DNA of 62,865 bases from Gekko japonicus. Lineage: Eukaryota. Positions 24,937 through 38,599 of this stretch are shown here, in pieces (within the stretch, counting starts at the first letter, position 1; every line of letters begins with the position of its first letter). Below the pieces are notes generated by a model, which was given only the letters and a program-made list of their open reading frames with translations, was not told the DNA's origin and did not search any database. The position numbers and the translations under genes are program-made. The stretch spans positions 873,467-936,331 of the forward strand of contig NW_015170911.1 in NCBI RefSeq assembly GCF_001447785.1, in the 5' to 3' direction.

Positions 24937-26450
24937 GATCCCTTCCAGTCCGGCTTCCGCCCGGGGCATACAACAGAGACAGTACTGGTCGCTCTTACTG
25001 ACGACCTCCATAGGCATCTGGATTGAGGTGGTGTGGCGGCACTGTTGTTGTTAGATCTGTCAGCTGCGTTTGATATGGTCGACTACCAGTTGCTGACCCA
25101 CCACCTCGCCGACGCAGGGATTCAGGGACTTGCCCTTCAATGGCTTGCCTCTTTTCTCCAAGGTTGGGGACAAAGGGTGGTGATAGGGGAACAGCAGTCC
25201 CGGAGACACCCTCTTGAATGTGGAGTGCCTCAAGGGGCAGTGCTTTCCCCGATGTTATTTAACATCTACATGCGCCCCCTTGCCCAGATAGCCCGGGGTA
25301 TGGACTTGGGTGCCATCAATATGCAGATGACATCCAGCTCTACCTGATGTTGGGCGGCCCGTCAGGCTCTAGTCCAGAAGATCTGCACTGGGCATTTCAG
25401 GCTGTGGCTGGTTGGCTTCGACTGAGTCGGCTGAAGCTAAACCCGGCGAAGACGGAGGTCCTGGGCCTGAGTCGGGGCTGTTTGGGGTTGGGGCTCCCTC
25501 TCCCGACCTTTGGTGGGGTGCCTTTGGTGCCAGCGTCGGAGGTTAGGAGTTTGGGAGTGCTCCTGGACTCCTCGTAAACTATGGAGGCCCAGGTGGTAGC
25601 CACTGCTAAGTCGGCTTTCTACCATCTTCGGCTGGCTCAGCAGTTGGTTCCCTTCCTCAACCGTGATGACTTGGCCACAGTAATCCACGTGACGGTCACC
25701 TCAAGGTTAAACTACTGTAACGCTCTCTACATGGGGCTGCCTCTGTCGCAAATCCGGAAGCTGCAGCTGGTGTAGAATGCTGCAGCCAGGCTGTTGATGG
25801 GTCTCCCTAGCCAGGACCACATCCTATCTGTACTGAAAGCGCTGCACTGGCTGCCAAAGCATACCGTATTTGCTTCAAAGTGCTGGTTCTTACCTTTAAA
25901 GCCCTATATGGCCGGGGTCCAACATACCTGAGGGACCGCCTTTCCCCACATGTTCCCCTGCGAGCACTACAGTCGGGGACGCAACATCTCCTGAAGATTC
26001 CAGGCCCCAAAGAGGCCAGGCTGGCCGCTACCAGGGCCAGAGCTTTTTCGGTGGTGGCTCCTTCCTGGTGGAATGAGCTCCCAGAGGAGATCCAGGCCCT
26101 GTGGGACCTGGCGCAGTTCCGCAGGCCCTGTAACACGGAGCTCTTCCGCCAGGCCTTTGGGTAGGAGCCGCCACTATCGTACCATCATTATTAACTGGCC
26201 CTGGGAAAAGAGAACGACAGCACCACGAAGAGCTGATAACACTGAGTGGATATACCATCTATGACACGCCATCTTGATGAAAGTCTTCGTTTTAGAACAT
26301 CTAGAGCACTTAACATGTTGTAATTTTGTAATAATGGTTTTTATGGTTTTAACTGTTTTATGTGTTGGCGTATGCCTATTTGTGAGCCGCCCTGAGCCTG
26401 CATTGCGGGGAGGGAGGGCTATAAGTTGAAATTATAAATAAATATAAATA
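24937..26450 (+). mobile_element. L2 LINE (RT domain to 3' end), pseudogenised
   Basis: DPFQSGFRPGHTTET, LLDLSAAFD, GVPQGAVLSPMLFNIY, YADD, LKLNPAKTE, RAFSVVAPSWWNELP with frameshifts; L2 tail and (AAAT)n. Confidence 0.93.
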
Positions 26451-26845
26451 GTAGTAGTAGTAGTAGTAGTGTGCTGTCCCAAATTAGGCATTTGGAATCT
26501 CCTTGTCCCACTGTTTCAGTTAATAAAAAATGTAGTCATAAGGTGACTATAATGATGTTTCAGACAATATTTCCACCCCTGTCTGAATAGCCTAGAAAGA
26601 GCTCTAAGTTTTACAAAAACTAAATGTTCTAACAGAATGCAGCTAAATTAAAGTTAAAAAGTCATTTGCTAACAGCTGCTGGCAATCAGCAAGCAGCCCA
26701 TGACTTTCATTTTTATTAGATCAAACACCAGCATCTCACAAAACTATTGAATCTATCTGATTTTGTGGTTTGGCATAAAGCCAATCTGGGTTTTGGGGGT
26801 GGGACTATAAATCAGTTGTGACTTTGTGGCATATTGTTGTTGTTC

Positions 26846-27087
26846 AATATTTAATTATAATATAATTATTATATATTATCTAAATATAATTTTATATTAT
26901 ANNNNNNNNNNNNNNNNNNNNNNNNNNNNNNNNNNNNNNNNNNNNNNNNNNNNNNNNNNNNNNNNNNNNNNNNNNNNNNNNNNNNNNNNNNNNNNNNNNN
27001 NNNNNNNNNNNNNNNNTAAATATATTATTTATTGTGTTATTTATACTTATAACACTTATAAAATTATTATTATTATTATTATTATTC
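26846..27087. repeat. AT-rich / (TTA)n low-complexity tract around a gap
   Basis: Directly visible. Confidence 0.8.
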
Positions 27088-27796
27088 ACATTGGGTTATA
27101 CAACTCAACAGCAACAAAAAAGGCCTTTTGTTACTGTATGGCTTTGAGTTAATCTTTTTGCCTTCTCCAGAAGGGACCTCAAAGAAAACAAACAGCTTTC
27201 AGTGGTTGGAGGGGATGATTCAGCCTCTTTTCCCATCTGTGCTGCCACTTCTGAGTAATCAGTCTGGTAACCCTTCTCGAGAAGGGTCAAGGGGAAGCTC
27301 CCCTTCTGTGTTTGGCAAATTCATAGAATGTGAGATCCCTTGGGCAGAGAGTCATGGCTCAAGGTCGTTGTCAGAAGGACCATCATTGGAGAGCTCTGGG
27401 AGACTAGACTGCAACAGGTGACAACCTATTTGGTTGGTTAAAATGATAAATGGTCCCCATTGCTAACAAAGCATAGAAATATATGGAACATACTATGCTT
27501 ACTACTAGTGAAGGAGGGATCAAACCATACATTACCACAATAAGGTGGACCTCAGAGGCCATGTTTACATATCAGTTCTGTAACACTGTAAACAACTTGC
27601 TTCTGGAGGTTCACTTCTGCAGATGTTAGCACGGATTTCTTCAATTTGGGGAGTGGAGCTTTCACAGGCCCATGAGTAACCACAGTTATTTCTCATTCTC
27701 GTTAAGCTCCAGCTTAATGGGCAGTGATAGGATGCTATGTCAGAGACAGTTCCAGCAGTGGAATGTATTGTCAGCTGAATGGATATTTCAGACAGC

Positions 27797-28614
27797 GTAT
27801 GCTTAGGACTTTTCTCTGAGTCATGAACTCTCTCCATTGATTTTTGGATGCTATTGATCAAAATTGAGAAGCTACGCTGCTTGGGTCAAGATTCTCTTGC
27901 AGGAAGCGTCTTTCCAGGACATGAAAGTCATGCCAGAAGCTCTGGGTCATGTCGGGGGTAGTCAATGACATGGTTCAGTTGCTGGGAGGGGTGAAGCAGG
28001 TTCCTGTTGTATGTCCGGGGGATACCAGTATTACCTTTATGAGACAGGGAAGGCGCATACTACAACAGGGGGAGGGGCTGTGCATACAGAGGGTCCCGGG
28101 TTCAATCCCCAGCATCACCAGTTAAAAGGACCAGGTAGTAGATAATGTGAAAGATCTGTGCTGTTGACCCTGGAGAGCCGCTACTAGTCTGAACAGTACT
28201 GACCTGGTATGCTTAGGACTTTTCCCTGAGTCATGAACTCTCTCCATTGATTTTGGGTGCTATTGATCAAAATTGAGAAGCTACTCTGCTTGGGTCAAGA
28301 TTCTCTTGCAGGAAGCGTCTTTCCAGGACATGAAAGTCATGCCAGAAGCTCTGGGTCATGTCGGGGGTAGTCAATGACATGGTTCAGTTGCTGGGAGGGG
28401 TGAAGCAGGCTCCTTTTGTATGTCCTGGGCATACCAATATTACCTTTATGAGACAGGGAAGGCGCAGACTACAACAGGGGGAGGGGCTGTGCATACAGAG
28501 GGTCCCGGGTTCAATCCCCAGCATCACCAGTTAAAAGGACCAGGTAGTAGATAATGTGAAAGATCTGTGCTGTTGACCCTGGAGAGCCATTGCTAGTCTG
28601 AACAGTACTGACCT
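27797..28614 (+). repeat. ~410-bp tandem duplication, each unit ending in a tRNA-derived SINE
   Basis: 27797-28205 is repeated at 28207-28614 with scattered substitutions; B-box GGTTCAATCCC at ~28099 and ~28508. Confidence 0.92.
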
Positions 28615-29560
28615 CAATGGACCAATGGTCTGATTCAGTATAAGGCCTCTTGCGGAGGGGCTGTTAGGCTATCTAAAAGATAGAGCAAGATTTCATGCTG
28701 ATGTTAAAATGATTGCTTCTTTATTATATTCATGGCTTGCGTACAGTCTCTAAAGTAGGATGAGCTTTAGGACTTTATCTGTTAGCTTGCTTTTTGCACG
28801 ATGAAAGCATTTACCTTAAAAGTGACATGCAAATCATCATCATCATAAAAACATATATTTCAGAACTCCTATGCCCACTAAGAAGGATTAGAATGGATTT
28901 TCTGCACAACAACCAATGCATTCTTTTGCTGGGCAATCACAACAGGGGTTCCTAGGAGCCAACTATTCCCCACCTATCACCTCCAAAGCCAGCACCTGCA
29001 ACAAGCCCCATGGGGTCCGGTGGGAAGCCAGCCCCAGGAAGACAGAAGGGATATCTGAAAAGTTCAGATGTCAACAACCAGTCTCTTAATCCTTGTGCGT
29101 TCTCTGCAATAGCATGGAGTGTCTCAAGTATTTATCGATTGTATGTGTGTATGTCAAGTTGCAGCCGACTTACGATGCAAGAGCCTTTCAAGGCAAGTGA
29201 CTGAGCACGTGTGGTTTGCCGTTGCCTTCCTCTGAAGACACTTCCTTGGTGGCCTCCCTTCCAAGGACTGATCTCTGCCTAGCTTCAGAGATCTGACAAG
29301 ATCAGGCTATACCCTGCCATCTTCCCTCCGCATTGAATGTATAAAACGGTATAGTCTAGAATTAATGTAGATTACATTTATACCACTTTGGAGATAAACA
29401 TTTTAGTATTATCGTAAAAAAATACAGAGCCAAGCAACACTAACCCTTTCTCCCCATTATTGACGTAATTTGCTCGTTTGTCGATTCCTTAGAAATATAC
29501 ATTATTTACTTTATTTATACTCTGCCTTTCTCCCCAATGGGCTTTCATCGTCCTCCTCAC

Positions 29561-30017
29561 CAGAGGTCATTTCAGGGGGGATCGCAGTTCCCCCGGGTGA
29601 GGTACGGGGGGCGGGGCACATGACGAAGCCCCGCCCCCCGCTTCTGGCCACCCCGCTTCCGGCCCTCATTCAGCCAGGAGGAGGCAGGAGAAGAGGGAGG
29701 GTAAGTTGCTTCCTCCCTGCCTCTCCCCACCCCTGCCTGCCTGGGGCCAGGGAGGGCCTTTGCGGGGCTTCCTTGCACTCCCGCCGGCCTTGCAGGTCCA
29801 CCGCCGGGCCCCTCATGGGGCTCGGCAGTGGAGCTGCAAGGCCGGCGGCGGTGGCCGGGACCGTTGGGGGCGGGGTGTGTGGCCTTATGACACACTTCCG
29901 GTGATGTCAGGGGGTGTGGCCTTATGACACACTTCTGGTGATGTCAGGGGGTGTGGCATATGCTAATGAGTTATGCTAATGAGTCCCCCTAGCTCTTTTT
30001 CTACGAAACGACCCCTG
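29561..30017. mobile_element. hAT MITE (family 2), GC-rich
   Basis: TIR CAGAGGTCATTTC / GAAACGACCCCTG; perfect 8-bp TSD CTCCTCAC at 29553-29560 and 30018-30025; internal ~36-bp tandem repeat. Confidence 0.85.
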
Positions 30018-31024
30018 CTCCTCACCTTCCTTGAGGTAGACTAGTCTGACTAGGGTTGCCACCCTCCAGGTGGTGGCTAGAGATCTCCTGGGATTACAAC
30101 TGATCTCCAGGTGACAGAGATCAGTTCACCGAGAGAAAATGGCTGCTTTGGAAGGTGGACTCTTTGGCATTATACCCTGTGAAGGTCCCTCCCCTCCCCA
30201 AACCCTGCCCTCTTCAGGCTCCACCCCCAACATCTCCCAGCATTTTCCAACTCAGAGCTGGTAACCCTCTGTGCGACTGGCCCAGGGTCACCCAGCAAGT
30301 TGCTTGGCAGAGTAGGGATTTGAACCTGAGTCTCCTGGACCCTAGTCCAGCACTCTAACCACTACGCCACGCTGGGGTGTGCGAGTGTGAAGGAGCTGAC
30401 TAGTTAGCATCCACTGCAATTGCAGTGTTATCCTTTTGCTGTTTACAATGTAGTTTTTCTTTACTACTTCCCACCCACTTATGTCAGCCCACCTTTCTCT
30501 GTGCAGCCTCAACTAACAAACTGGATGAAAAAGCTACGTCAATCTTGCCAAGGTCCTTTAAAAAAAAAGTCAAGTTTTCACACTGCCGATGATGCACATA
30601 GTACTGCTCTGAAGAAAAACAGCCCTCTTGAACACCTCCTCCCACTCCCCTTTAGCTGTGAAAAAAGGATGGACGGGTGAAATTTCCCCAGAGTACCACT
30701 ATTGCTTTGGGGAGGCAGAGGACTTGGGAGGCCTTTAAAAGGACATTGTGAAGAACAGCCGGCTGACCTGCACAGAACAGCTGTCTGCCCCGCTTGGGCT
30801 GTTTGTGCTCCCATCACCAACAGTTAACTCACTCGATTCTGCTGCTCTGCCTGTGTTTAGATTGCTCTCTGCTGCTGCCTCATTCCCTCTGGTTCTTTAA
30901 ATGAACGATTTGCTGTTACTATATCTGGATTAGACAATGCATGACTGACAGAACAGGCCTAACAGCACTGCTATAACATTAACCCCCACCATTTATTTGT
31001 GTGTGTGTGTAAAGTGCTGTTGAG

Positions 31025-31577
31025 GGGGCTGTGGTGGCCCAAGTGGTTAAGACCAGTGTTCCCTCTAAGCTGAGTTAGTGTGAGCTAGCTCATGGATTTT
31101 TAGCCTCCAGCTCACACATTTTTGTCTTAGCTCAGGAAGGAGGGCTCCAGAGCAAACTAATCGATGCAGGAGCCAAATGGCTCGCTCAAAACATTAGTGC
31201 CAGTAGCTCACAAAGTAGAATTCTTGCTCACAAGACTCCACAGCTTAGAGGGAACATTGGTTAAGACACTGAACTGCAGACCGGAAGGTCGGTAGTTTGG
31301 CAGTTCAAGACCCAAGTGCCGCATGACGGAGTGAGCTCCCGTCTCTGGCCCCAGCTCCTGCCAACCCAGCAGTTTGAAAGCAAGAAATTGCAAGTAGATA
31401 AATAGGCACCACTTCGGTGGGAAGGTAACAGTGTTCCATGTGCCTCGGTGTTTAGTCATGCTGGCTACATGACAACAGAAATGTCTTTGGACAGTGCTGG
31501 CTCTTCGGCTTGGAAACGGAGATGAGCACCGCATCCCTAGAGTCGGATTCAACTGGCTTTCAAGCAAGGGAAACCTA
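31025..31577 (+). mobile_element. Sauria SINE interrupted by a hAT MITE
   Basis: Head 31025-31053, body resumes at 31268. Confidence 0.88.
31054..31259. mobile_element. hAT MITE (family 1), 206 bp
   Basis: TIR CAGTGTTCCCTCTAAGCTG / CAGCTTAGAGGGAACATTG; 8-bp TSD GTTAAGAC. Confidence 0.92.
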
Positions 31578-31627
31578 ATAAATAAAAGGTGTTAATACGG
31601 CTTTTGTTTGTGCACAGACCTGCTTTC

Positions 31628-32835
31628 CATAAGAACATAAGAGACACCAATGTTAGATCAGGCCAAAGGCCCATCCAGTCCAACACTCTGTGTCACACAG
31701 TGACCAGAAATACCAGGTGCCATCAGGAGGTCCACCAGTGGGGCCAGGACATTAGAAGCCCTCCCACTGTTGATCCGCCCTAGCACCAAGAAGACAGAGC
31801 ATCACTTGCCCCAGAGCCCCTATCTATACCTTGTGGCTAATAGCCACTGATGGACCTCTGCTCCATATGCTTATCTAATTCCCTCTTGAAGCCGTCCATG
31901 CTTGTAGCACCCACCACTTCCTGTGGCAGTGAATTCCATGTGTTAATCACTCTTTGGGTGAAGAAGTACTTCCTTTTATCCGTTCTAACCCGACCACTCT
32001 GCAGTTTCATGGAGTGCCCACGAGTTCTTGTATTGTGAGAAAGGGAGAAAAGTACCTCTTTCTCTACCTGCTCTTTCCCATGCATAATCTTATAAACCTC
32101 AATCATGTCACCCCTCAGTCGTCATTTCTCCAAGCTAAAGAGCCCTAAGCGCTTTAACCTTTCCTCATAGGGAAAGTGTTCCAACCCTTTTATCATTCGA
32201 GTTGCCCTTTTCTGCACTTTTCCCAAAGCTATAATATCCTTTTTAAGGTGTGGTGACCAGAACTGCACACAGTATTCCAAATGAGGTCGCACCATTGATT
32301 TATATAGGGGCATTATGATATTGGCTGATCTGTTTTCAATACCCTTCCTAATAATCCCCAGCATAGCACTGGCCTTTTTTATTGCAGTCACACACTGTCT
32401 CGACATTTTCAGTGAGTTATCTCCTACAACTCCAAGATCTCTCTCTTGATCAGTCTCTGCCAGCTCAGACCCCATCAATGTGCATTTATATTTAGGATTT
32501 TTGGCTCCAATGTGCATCACCTTGCACTTGGCCACATTGAACCCCATTTTCCATGTTGACGCCCACTTGCCCATCTTTGACAGATCTCTTTGTAGTGCCT
32601 CACAATCCTCACTGGTTTTCACCACCCTGAACAACTTCGTATCATCCGCAAATTTAGCCACTTCACTGCTTACTCCCAACTCCAAATCATTAATGAACAA
32701 GTTAAAAAGCAGTGGACCAAGTGCTGATCCCTGCGGTACCCCACTACTTACCACCGTCCACTGAGAAAATTGCCCATTTATACGCACTCTCTGTTTTCTA
32801 TTAATTAGCCAGTTTTTGATCCATAAAAGGACTTC
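31628..32835 (-). mobile_element. CR1 LINE 3' part with RT domain
   Basis: ORF 32787-32122: SGVPQGSALGPLLFNLFINDL, KFADDTKL, RPHLEYCVQFWSP; (CATAAGAA)n tail. Confidence 0.95.
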
Positions 32836-33421
32836 TCCACCGGCGTGGTGTGCAAATGGGCAAGCTAGGCAAGTGCCAGAACAGCAAAAACAGCGCCTGC
32901 CTCAACTAAATAGCAGCATTCACAACAGAGCTGTGAGAGAACAGCAGAGAAGCAACTTAGCGGTTCATTTTCTACATAACATCCCCTTCCAGAAGATGTG
33001 ACTGAGAGCTTTTTACACCAGTTGTCTGTGAGATAGGCCCAGTTGTAAAAGAGAGAAAGAACAGAAAGAAAGACATTTTAAAGGATTTTTTTCTCTCTCC
33101 CAAGCCTTGATGATTTAAGGTAAGACATAACTGGCGATGGGTTTAATTCCTCTCATGCAGCAAGCTAAAACCCCCCCAAAAAACTTGACCTAGAGATATT
33201 TGGAGGAATATTATATTGCCACAAAAAGTTGTGATGTGGTACTTCAGACATTTATCTTTCTGTTCTGGAGAACATCAGAGAGCACTAGAGATAAAATTAG
33301 CCCCCAAAGTCAATGTGGAAATTCATCTCCAGGGCACACTAAATTTCTTGCTAAACTGGAGCTTGAATTTCTCTTCAGGTATCTTTTTTTCTTCTTTCTT
33401 CAATATACTTCAGATGTATTG

Positions 33422-33670
33422 AGAGCCAGCATGGGGTTGTGGTTACAAGTGGCGGACTCTAATCTGGAGAACCTGGTTTGAGGTTCTCCACTCCTCCTCC
33501 ACATGAAGCCTGCAGGGTGGCCTTGGGCCAGTCACAGTTCTCTCAGAACTCTCTCAGCCCCACCTACCTCACAGGGTGCCTGTTGTGGGGAGAGGAAAGG
33601 AAGGCAACTGTAAGCCACTTTGAGACTCCTTAAGGTGAAGATAAGTGGGGTATAAAACCTCATCTTTTTT
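33422..33670 (+). mobile_element. Squam3-type tRNA/CORE SINE
   Basis: GAGAGCCAG...GGACTCTAATCTGGAGAACC head, CCCACCTACCTCACAGGG core. Confidence 0.8.
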
Positions 33671-34109
33671 CCTGCTTTGCAGCACTGCAGACCTTCCTCA
33701 AACAAAGTGATCTGGACACACCTAATCTGGTCACCTCTAGATTAGGTCACACCAAGATCCTCCACCTGAAGAAGCTTTAGTTGGAAGACAGTTCAAAACC
33801 TTGAATTAGTTTGTGTTATAAAGTGAATTTAAGAAGAGTCTCCAGGTTTTCCGAAAACTGACCCCAGCTGCTAGTGAAGGGACGCAACAGATTTATTTAC
33901 AAAAACAAATAATACAAAAACAAATAAAAAACAAACGGACTCCAATCACAACCACTCCAGCAGCCCTTAAAAACATGGCAGCTTCCTCTTCCAGGTGCCA
34001 CCAGGAGGCAGATGGCCTCTCCTTCAAACATTAACTGTATCATCATTTGTTACTCTTCACCATGGCTTGAAATGCAGCAGCCAGCCCACAGGCAGACACC
34101 AGGGCTGCC

Positions 34110-34420
34110 AGCCAGTTTGGTGTAGCAGTTAATAGCCAGTTTGGTGTAGTGGTTTAGAGTGCAAACTGTAATCTGGGAGAACCAGGATTGTTTCCCCACT
34201 CCTCCACATGCAGTCAGCTGGGTGACCTTGGGTCAGTCACAGTTCTCTCAGAGCTGTTCTCTCAAGAGCAATTCTCTCAGAGCTCTCTCAGGTCCACCTA
34301 CCTCTCGAGGTGTCTGTTGTGGGAGGGGAAGGGAAAGGAGATTGTAAACTGCTTTGAGACAACGAGTGAAGGGCAGGGTGTAAATCCAATCTCTCCTCCT
34401 CCTCCACCTTCCCTTCTTCT
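34110..34420 (+). mobile_element. Squam3-type SINE with duplicated head
   Basis: GCCAGTTTGGTGTAG occurs twice at the 5' end; (CT)-rich tail. Confidence 0.8.
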
Positions 34421-36610
34421 TCTATATTATGTACTAGGCTTTTTCTTTTGTGGCACTTATGGAATGCCCTTAGCAGAACTTTTTACTGGATGCCAGTATT
34501 TTTCTTTGACTAGCATTTTCAGATAGCTAAGTTTTCACTTTTAATGTTGTTGTCTTGTGTCTGCATGTATGTGTGGATGCCATTTGCCCTCTATAGAATA
34601 ATGAGAAGAACCAACTACGAAAAAGCACCAATAAATCTAAATCAACTTTTGTACAAAAATGTATAATTTTCTTTTCTTGTTTTTTGTTTCTCCCCAGCAT
34701 AAAAAAATATTATAATTTTCTAGTATTTTATAATTTTGTCTCAGTCTTTTGTTACAATATCTCAAAAGTTGTGTCAAAGTCTTATTAATGTTTTGTATAC
34801 AATAATAATATTGCCACAATATAAGCCACAACATACAGTCACTATCATAGTTTCAACAAATTGGAACAAATTCCTATACCATCATAAATTGTGGTTGCAA
34901 GATTATACAATATAATTAATCCATAAATGGCTCTCAGCAAAGTAATAATTCAAGGACAGAATCCATGAAAAAGTTCACAAGCTTCCAGTTGTGCAATGCA
35001 ATCATATTTCTTTGGTATACAAATACAAATATGTTCCTCCAGTGTTCAAAGACGAGATGTTCCAGAACGTTTGTCCTGTTTTGGGACCTTTCTCTGTCAA
35101 GAGGGAATTGAAGATTGCATACTTTCTTAGAATTGCCAACTCCTAAGAATAACACTCATACAAAAATGCCATTCATAGGGTACAAACAGAAAGTCTACAC
35201 AAGCTGGCATGTCCTTGACAAAAATTGCCTCCTACAAGAAATACTGTTATCCCTTAATTACACGCAGCTCTATAGGTAGGTAAACCACCACTGATACCAA
35301 TTGAACCAATAAATACTCCCCCATTCCTGGCTGGCCCACACTGGAGCAGCTGCAGTGAATGGTTGTGCAGCGGTGGTGGGGAAATCAGCATTAAGCAATA
35401 TTAATCCCCCAGTCTCTATGATCTTAAGTGACCATAAATGAATGAGTGAATGAATGAACGAGCTTTACCATAGACACTGGGGAAATTCCTAGAGTGTCAT
35501 GCAGCATGGTGACATCACTTCTAGATCTCTACCCAAAAGTGATGTTGCAGCACTGAGCAGAACCAATTTCCTGAATTTCCACTCCCCTCAATCTCTTGCC
35601 AGTTGCCACTGAAGGGCTGGCAACCCTACATGTGGTTTTTCACCTTAGTACTGGGTTTCTCACAGTTCTGAGCTGTTGCTTTAATTAACGCTGCTGCTTG
35701 CTTGCAGTTCAACTTCTATACAGCTGACAATATTCTTGTGGCATGCTAACGATTCTTGAAAGTGATTTTGAGATTTTTTAAATTTGAAGATGCGGTACAT
35801 AAATATTTGAAATAAATAAATAAAACAAGCAATAACCAATTCGCCTCTAAAACGGGTGTCTCCATGAATTGAAAGCCCAACTGGTTGCATATGCCTGACA
35901 AAGATGGGATCAGAGAAGGTTTTCTGTTATAATGTCCAAATGGGACGGGATTATATATTTCAGAGATTGCCATTTGCTTTTTTCCTATACATTTATGTCA
36001 CTTTCTTCTTGAAATTTCCAGAGGTCAAATGGTTTAAAGGTGAGAAACCACATCAACACAATGTGTTCTTGAAGGTTTTATGCTAGGGGAAAACATTTAA
36101 CTTCAATTTAAAATCTGAAAACCATCCATTAGAGACAACCTAGGGAATTTATAACACATTCAGTGACTTACAGACCAGAGCAGTGGGATGGATATAACCT
36201 GAGAGCCTTTTTGAGCATAAATCCTTAATTGAGTGCCCTCCTACATTCCTCTTTTGACTTCTGCTTCCCTTGCCCTTAGTTAACAGTCCCTGGCAGGTAG
36301 CCATTTGATAATAAAAAGTTTGGGGAAAGTTCATCACTTGCTGGTTCGCTTCTGTCATCTGCCTAGTCAGTTTCATGTAGTCAAATAGCAATGGCAAGTA
36401 TTTTCCAGAAGGAAACCAAGGGTGGGGGGGGTATAAGGGGTGGCCATCAGCAATGGGGTGACGTCACTTCCAGAAAAATACAAACGTGATGTTACACATC
36501 TCTAGGAATTGCCAGAAATTACATAGTAATACCACAGAGTTTCTGGCAATTCCTAGAGAGGACTGGCATAGCTTCCAGGTTTCCCTTGGAAATGGCTGGT
36601 AACTTCCATT

Positions 36611-36748
36611 TCAATGTATCTGAAGAAGTGTGCATGCACATGAAACCTATTTACCTAGAATAAAACTTTGTTGGTCTTAAAGGTGCCACTGGCCTCAAAC
36701 TTTGTTCTGCTGCTTCAGACCAATATGGCTACCCCACCTGAATCTACT
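36611..36748 (+). mobile_element. Penelope-like pseudo-LTR fragment with degenerate hammerhead motif
   Basis: CTGAAGA (36620-36626), palindromic GTGTGCATGCACAT, GAAA (36642-36645), AATAAA and PLE-type terminus. Confidence 0.7.
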
Positions 36749-38229
36749 CTTTCCAACGTGTTGTGTTTGGCAGTCACTTTGAACTAAACATCAAATTGGC
36801 TTAGTAAATGAATTTAAGATGTAGTTTCTGACACTGCCACCACCTACCAAGCAAGCCAGTATTTTAAGACATGGTACCTACATGATTATTGGTGCTTAGG
36901 TGGCCAAATGTATATTGAACTTTTCTGCAAACCAGATTTCATACGGATCTCTGGTGGCATGTAACTGTCAGAATTCAGAGGCAAAGGCAGATGCTTGAAT
37001 CCATGCTTACACGGAAATAAAACCAATCCCTTACCCTACTTTCTTTCATGAAAATATTGGGATCTGATGCAAGCTTTGCATAAAATTGCTTTCACAGCTG
37101 AATGAACTGTCATCAGGCTTGTGGTTTCAAAAATATTGGAATGATCAATAATGCACAGTTTGTCTTGTCACTGTAATACGGATATGGGAGCGGCTGGCAG
37201 GGTAGATCAGCGAGGGGGAGGTGGGGGTCAGGGTAGTGATTCCACAGTATTTATAGGACTATCAAGAAAGAGGGCTGAAGAGAATAATTCCATGATTTCC
37301 TGAACCAATAATAGCCTGTGAGCCTTCAAAATGGACATCTGCCAGACTAAGTCATGGATTTAATGTTAATCCATCTGACTTCCTCTAGGTTTAGCTGGTG
37401 CTTTTGAATGAAAAAGAGGGGATCAAAATGCATCAAGGAAGTATGACATTTAATTAGTGTTCTCGTCTTCTCTAATGCCTCCTTCATAGGCATTCCCCTC
37501 CAATCCAAATGCGAAATAACAGCAACCATATCAAAAGCATCCCCACATTTGTGGCTTTGTAGGAATGATTAGGAAAATGCGATTCATTTTGCCATTTAAC
37601 CACAAGGAACATATTACGTTGTTTATCTATTACATTTTTATTCCGCATATGTCCTTCATTTTATTCCATTCTTATCCTACTTCCAACAAGCTCAGGGCAG
37701 TACCCATGTTCTATCTCCCCACTTCTTAAAAACCTTGTGAGATAGATCATGCTGAGAGAGTACCTGGCGCATCTCTCCTCCCTCTCGTACCAAGTTGGTA
37801 GGTTCTAACTTATTGACAGTTGTCAATAACGGTTTTCTCCTGGTACTTCATAATTAACCAGTTTTCAGCATAATAAAGGAAAGCCAAGCAGTGTGAAATC
37901 AGCAAGCTGGGTCCAGTACCGCCATTGCAGCTTCTCATTGGACCTGTGCATGCAACCTAACCCAGCAGACTGCATTCTGCCTTAAGAACTCCTGTTGAGA
38001 GAAAGAAAGTTGGTCATATGAGATTGCCGTGTCATCCTAGGACCTGGGGAAACCAGGTTTGAATTCCTGCTATGCCATGGAAATTCACTGAATGAACTTG
38101 GGCCCATCACGATCTCTCAGCCTAAACTGCCTCACAGAGTTGTTTTTGTGACGGATGGGGGGAGGAGAGAACAAGTAAGCCAATTTGAGAGCCCATTCAG
38201 TGGAAAAAATTAATATAAATATATAAAAG

Positions 38230-38495
38230 AAGAGGAAGAAGAGATTGGATTTATACCCTGCCCTTCACTCGGAGTCTCAGAGTGGCTTACAATCTCCTTC
38301 CTTTCCTCTCCCCACTACAGACACCCTGTGAGGTAGGTGGGGCTGAGAGAGCTCTGAGAGAACTGCTCTTGAGAGAACAACTCAGAGAGAGCTGTGACTG
38401 ACCCAAGGTCACCCAGCTGGCTGCATGTGGAGAAGTTGGGAAATTAACCTGTTTCTCCAGATTTGAGTCCACCGCTCTTGACTGCACTACACTGG
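38230..38495 (-). mobile_element. Squam3-type SINE
   Basis: (GAA)n tail at left; reverse complement of the 34110 and 55030 copies. Confidence 0.85.
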
Positions 38496-38559
38496 CTGTC
38501 TAAAGATTGCTACTGTAGCTGGCAGTTGTTTTGCATAAGCATTTCTCAGCAGGAGCTTC

Positions 38560-38599
38560 GTGTCTGACGAAGGGAGCTGTGACTCTTGAAAGCTTGCAC
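38560..38599 (+). ncRNA. Minimal type I hammerhead ribozyme motif in a Penelope-like fragment (38558-38680)
   Basis: gtgt-CTGACGA-agggagctgtgactctt-GAAA-gc-T-T-gcac: stem I gtgt/gcac, catalytic core boxes, short stem II, palindromic AAGCTT stem III. Activity is not shown. Confidence 0.6.

Noticed and set aside
27128-27421. IPWAES as a remnant of the HPGDS FPWAEK motif
   Set aside because: Only four residues match, flanking residues do not align and no convincing exon boundaries are present.
29870-29960. CRISPR-like ~36-bp repeats
   Set aside because: Head-to-tail repeats without unique spacers inside a eukaryotic MITE; no cas genes.
32122-32787. 221-aa reverse transcriptase ORF as a functional or domesticated gene
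   Set aside because: 5'-truncated CR1 ORF2 with a premature stop at 32122 and an ordinary CR1 tail.
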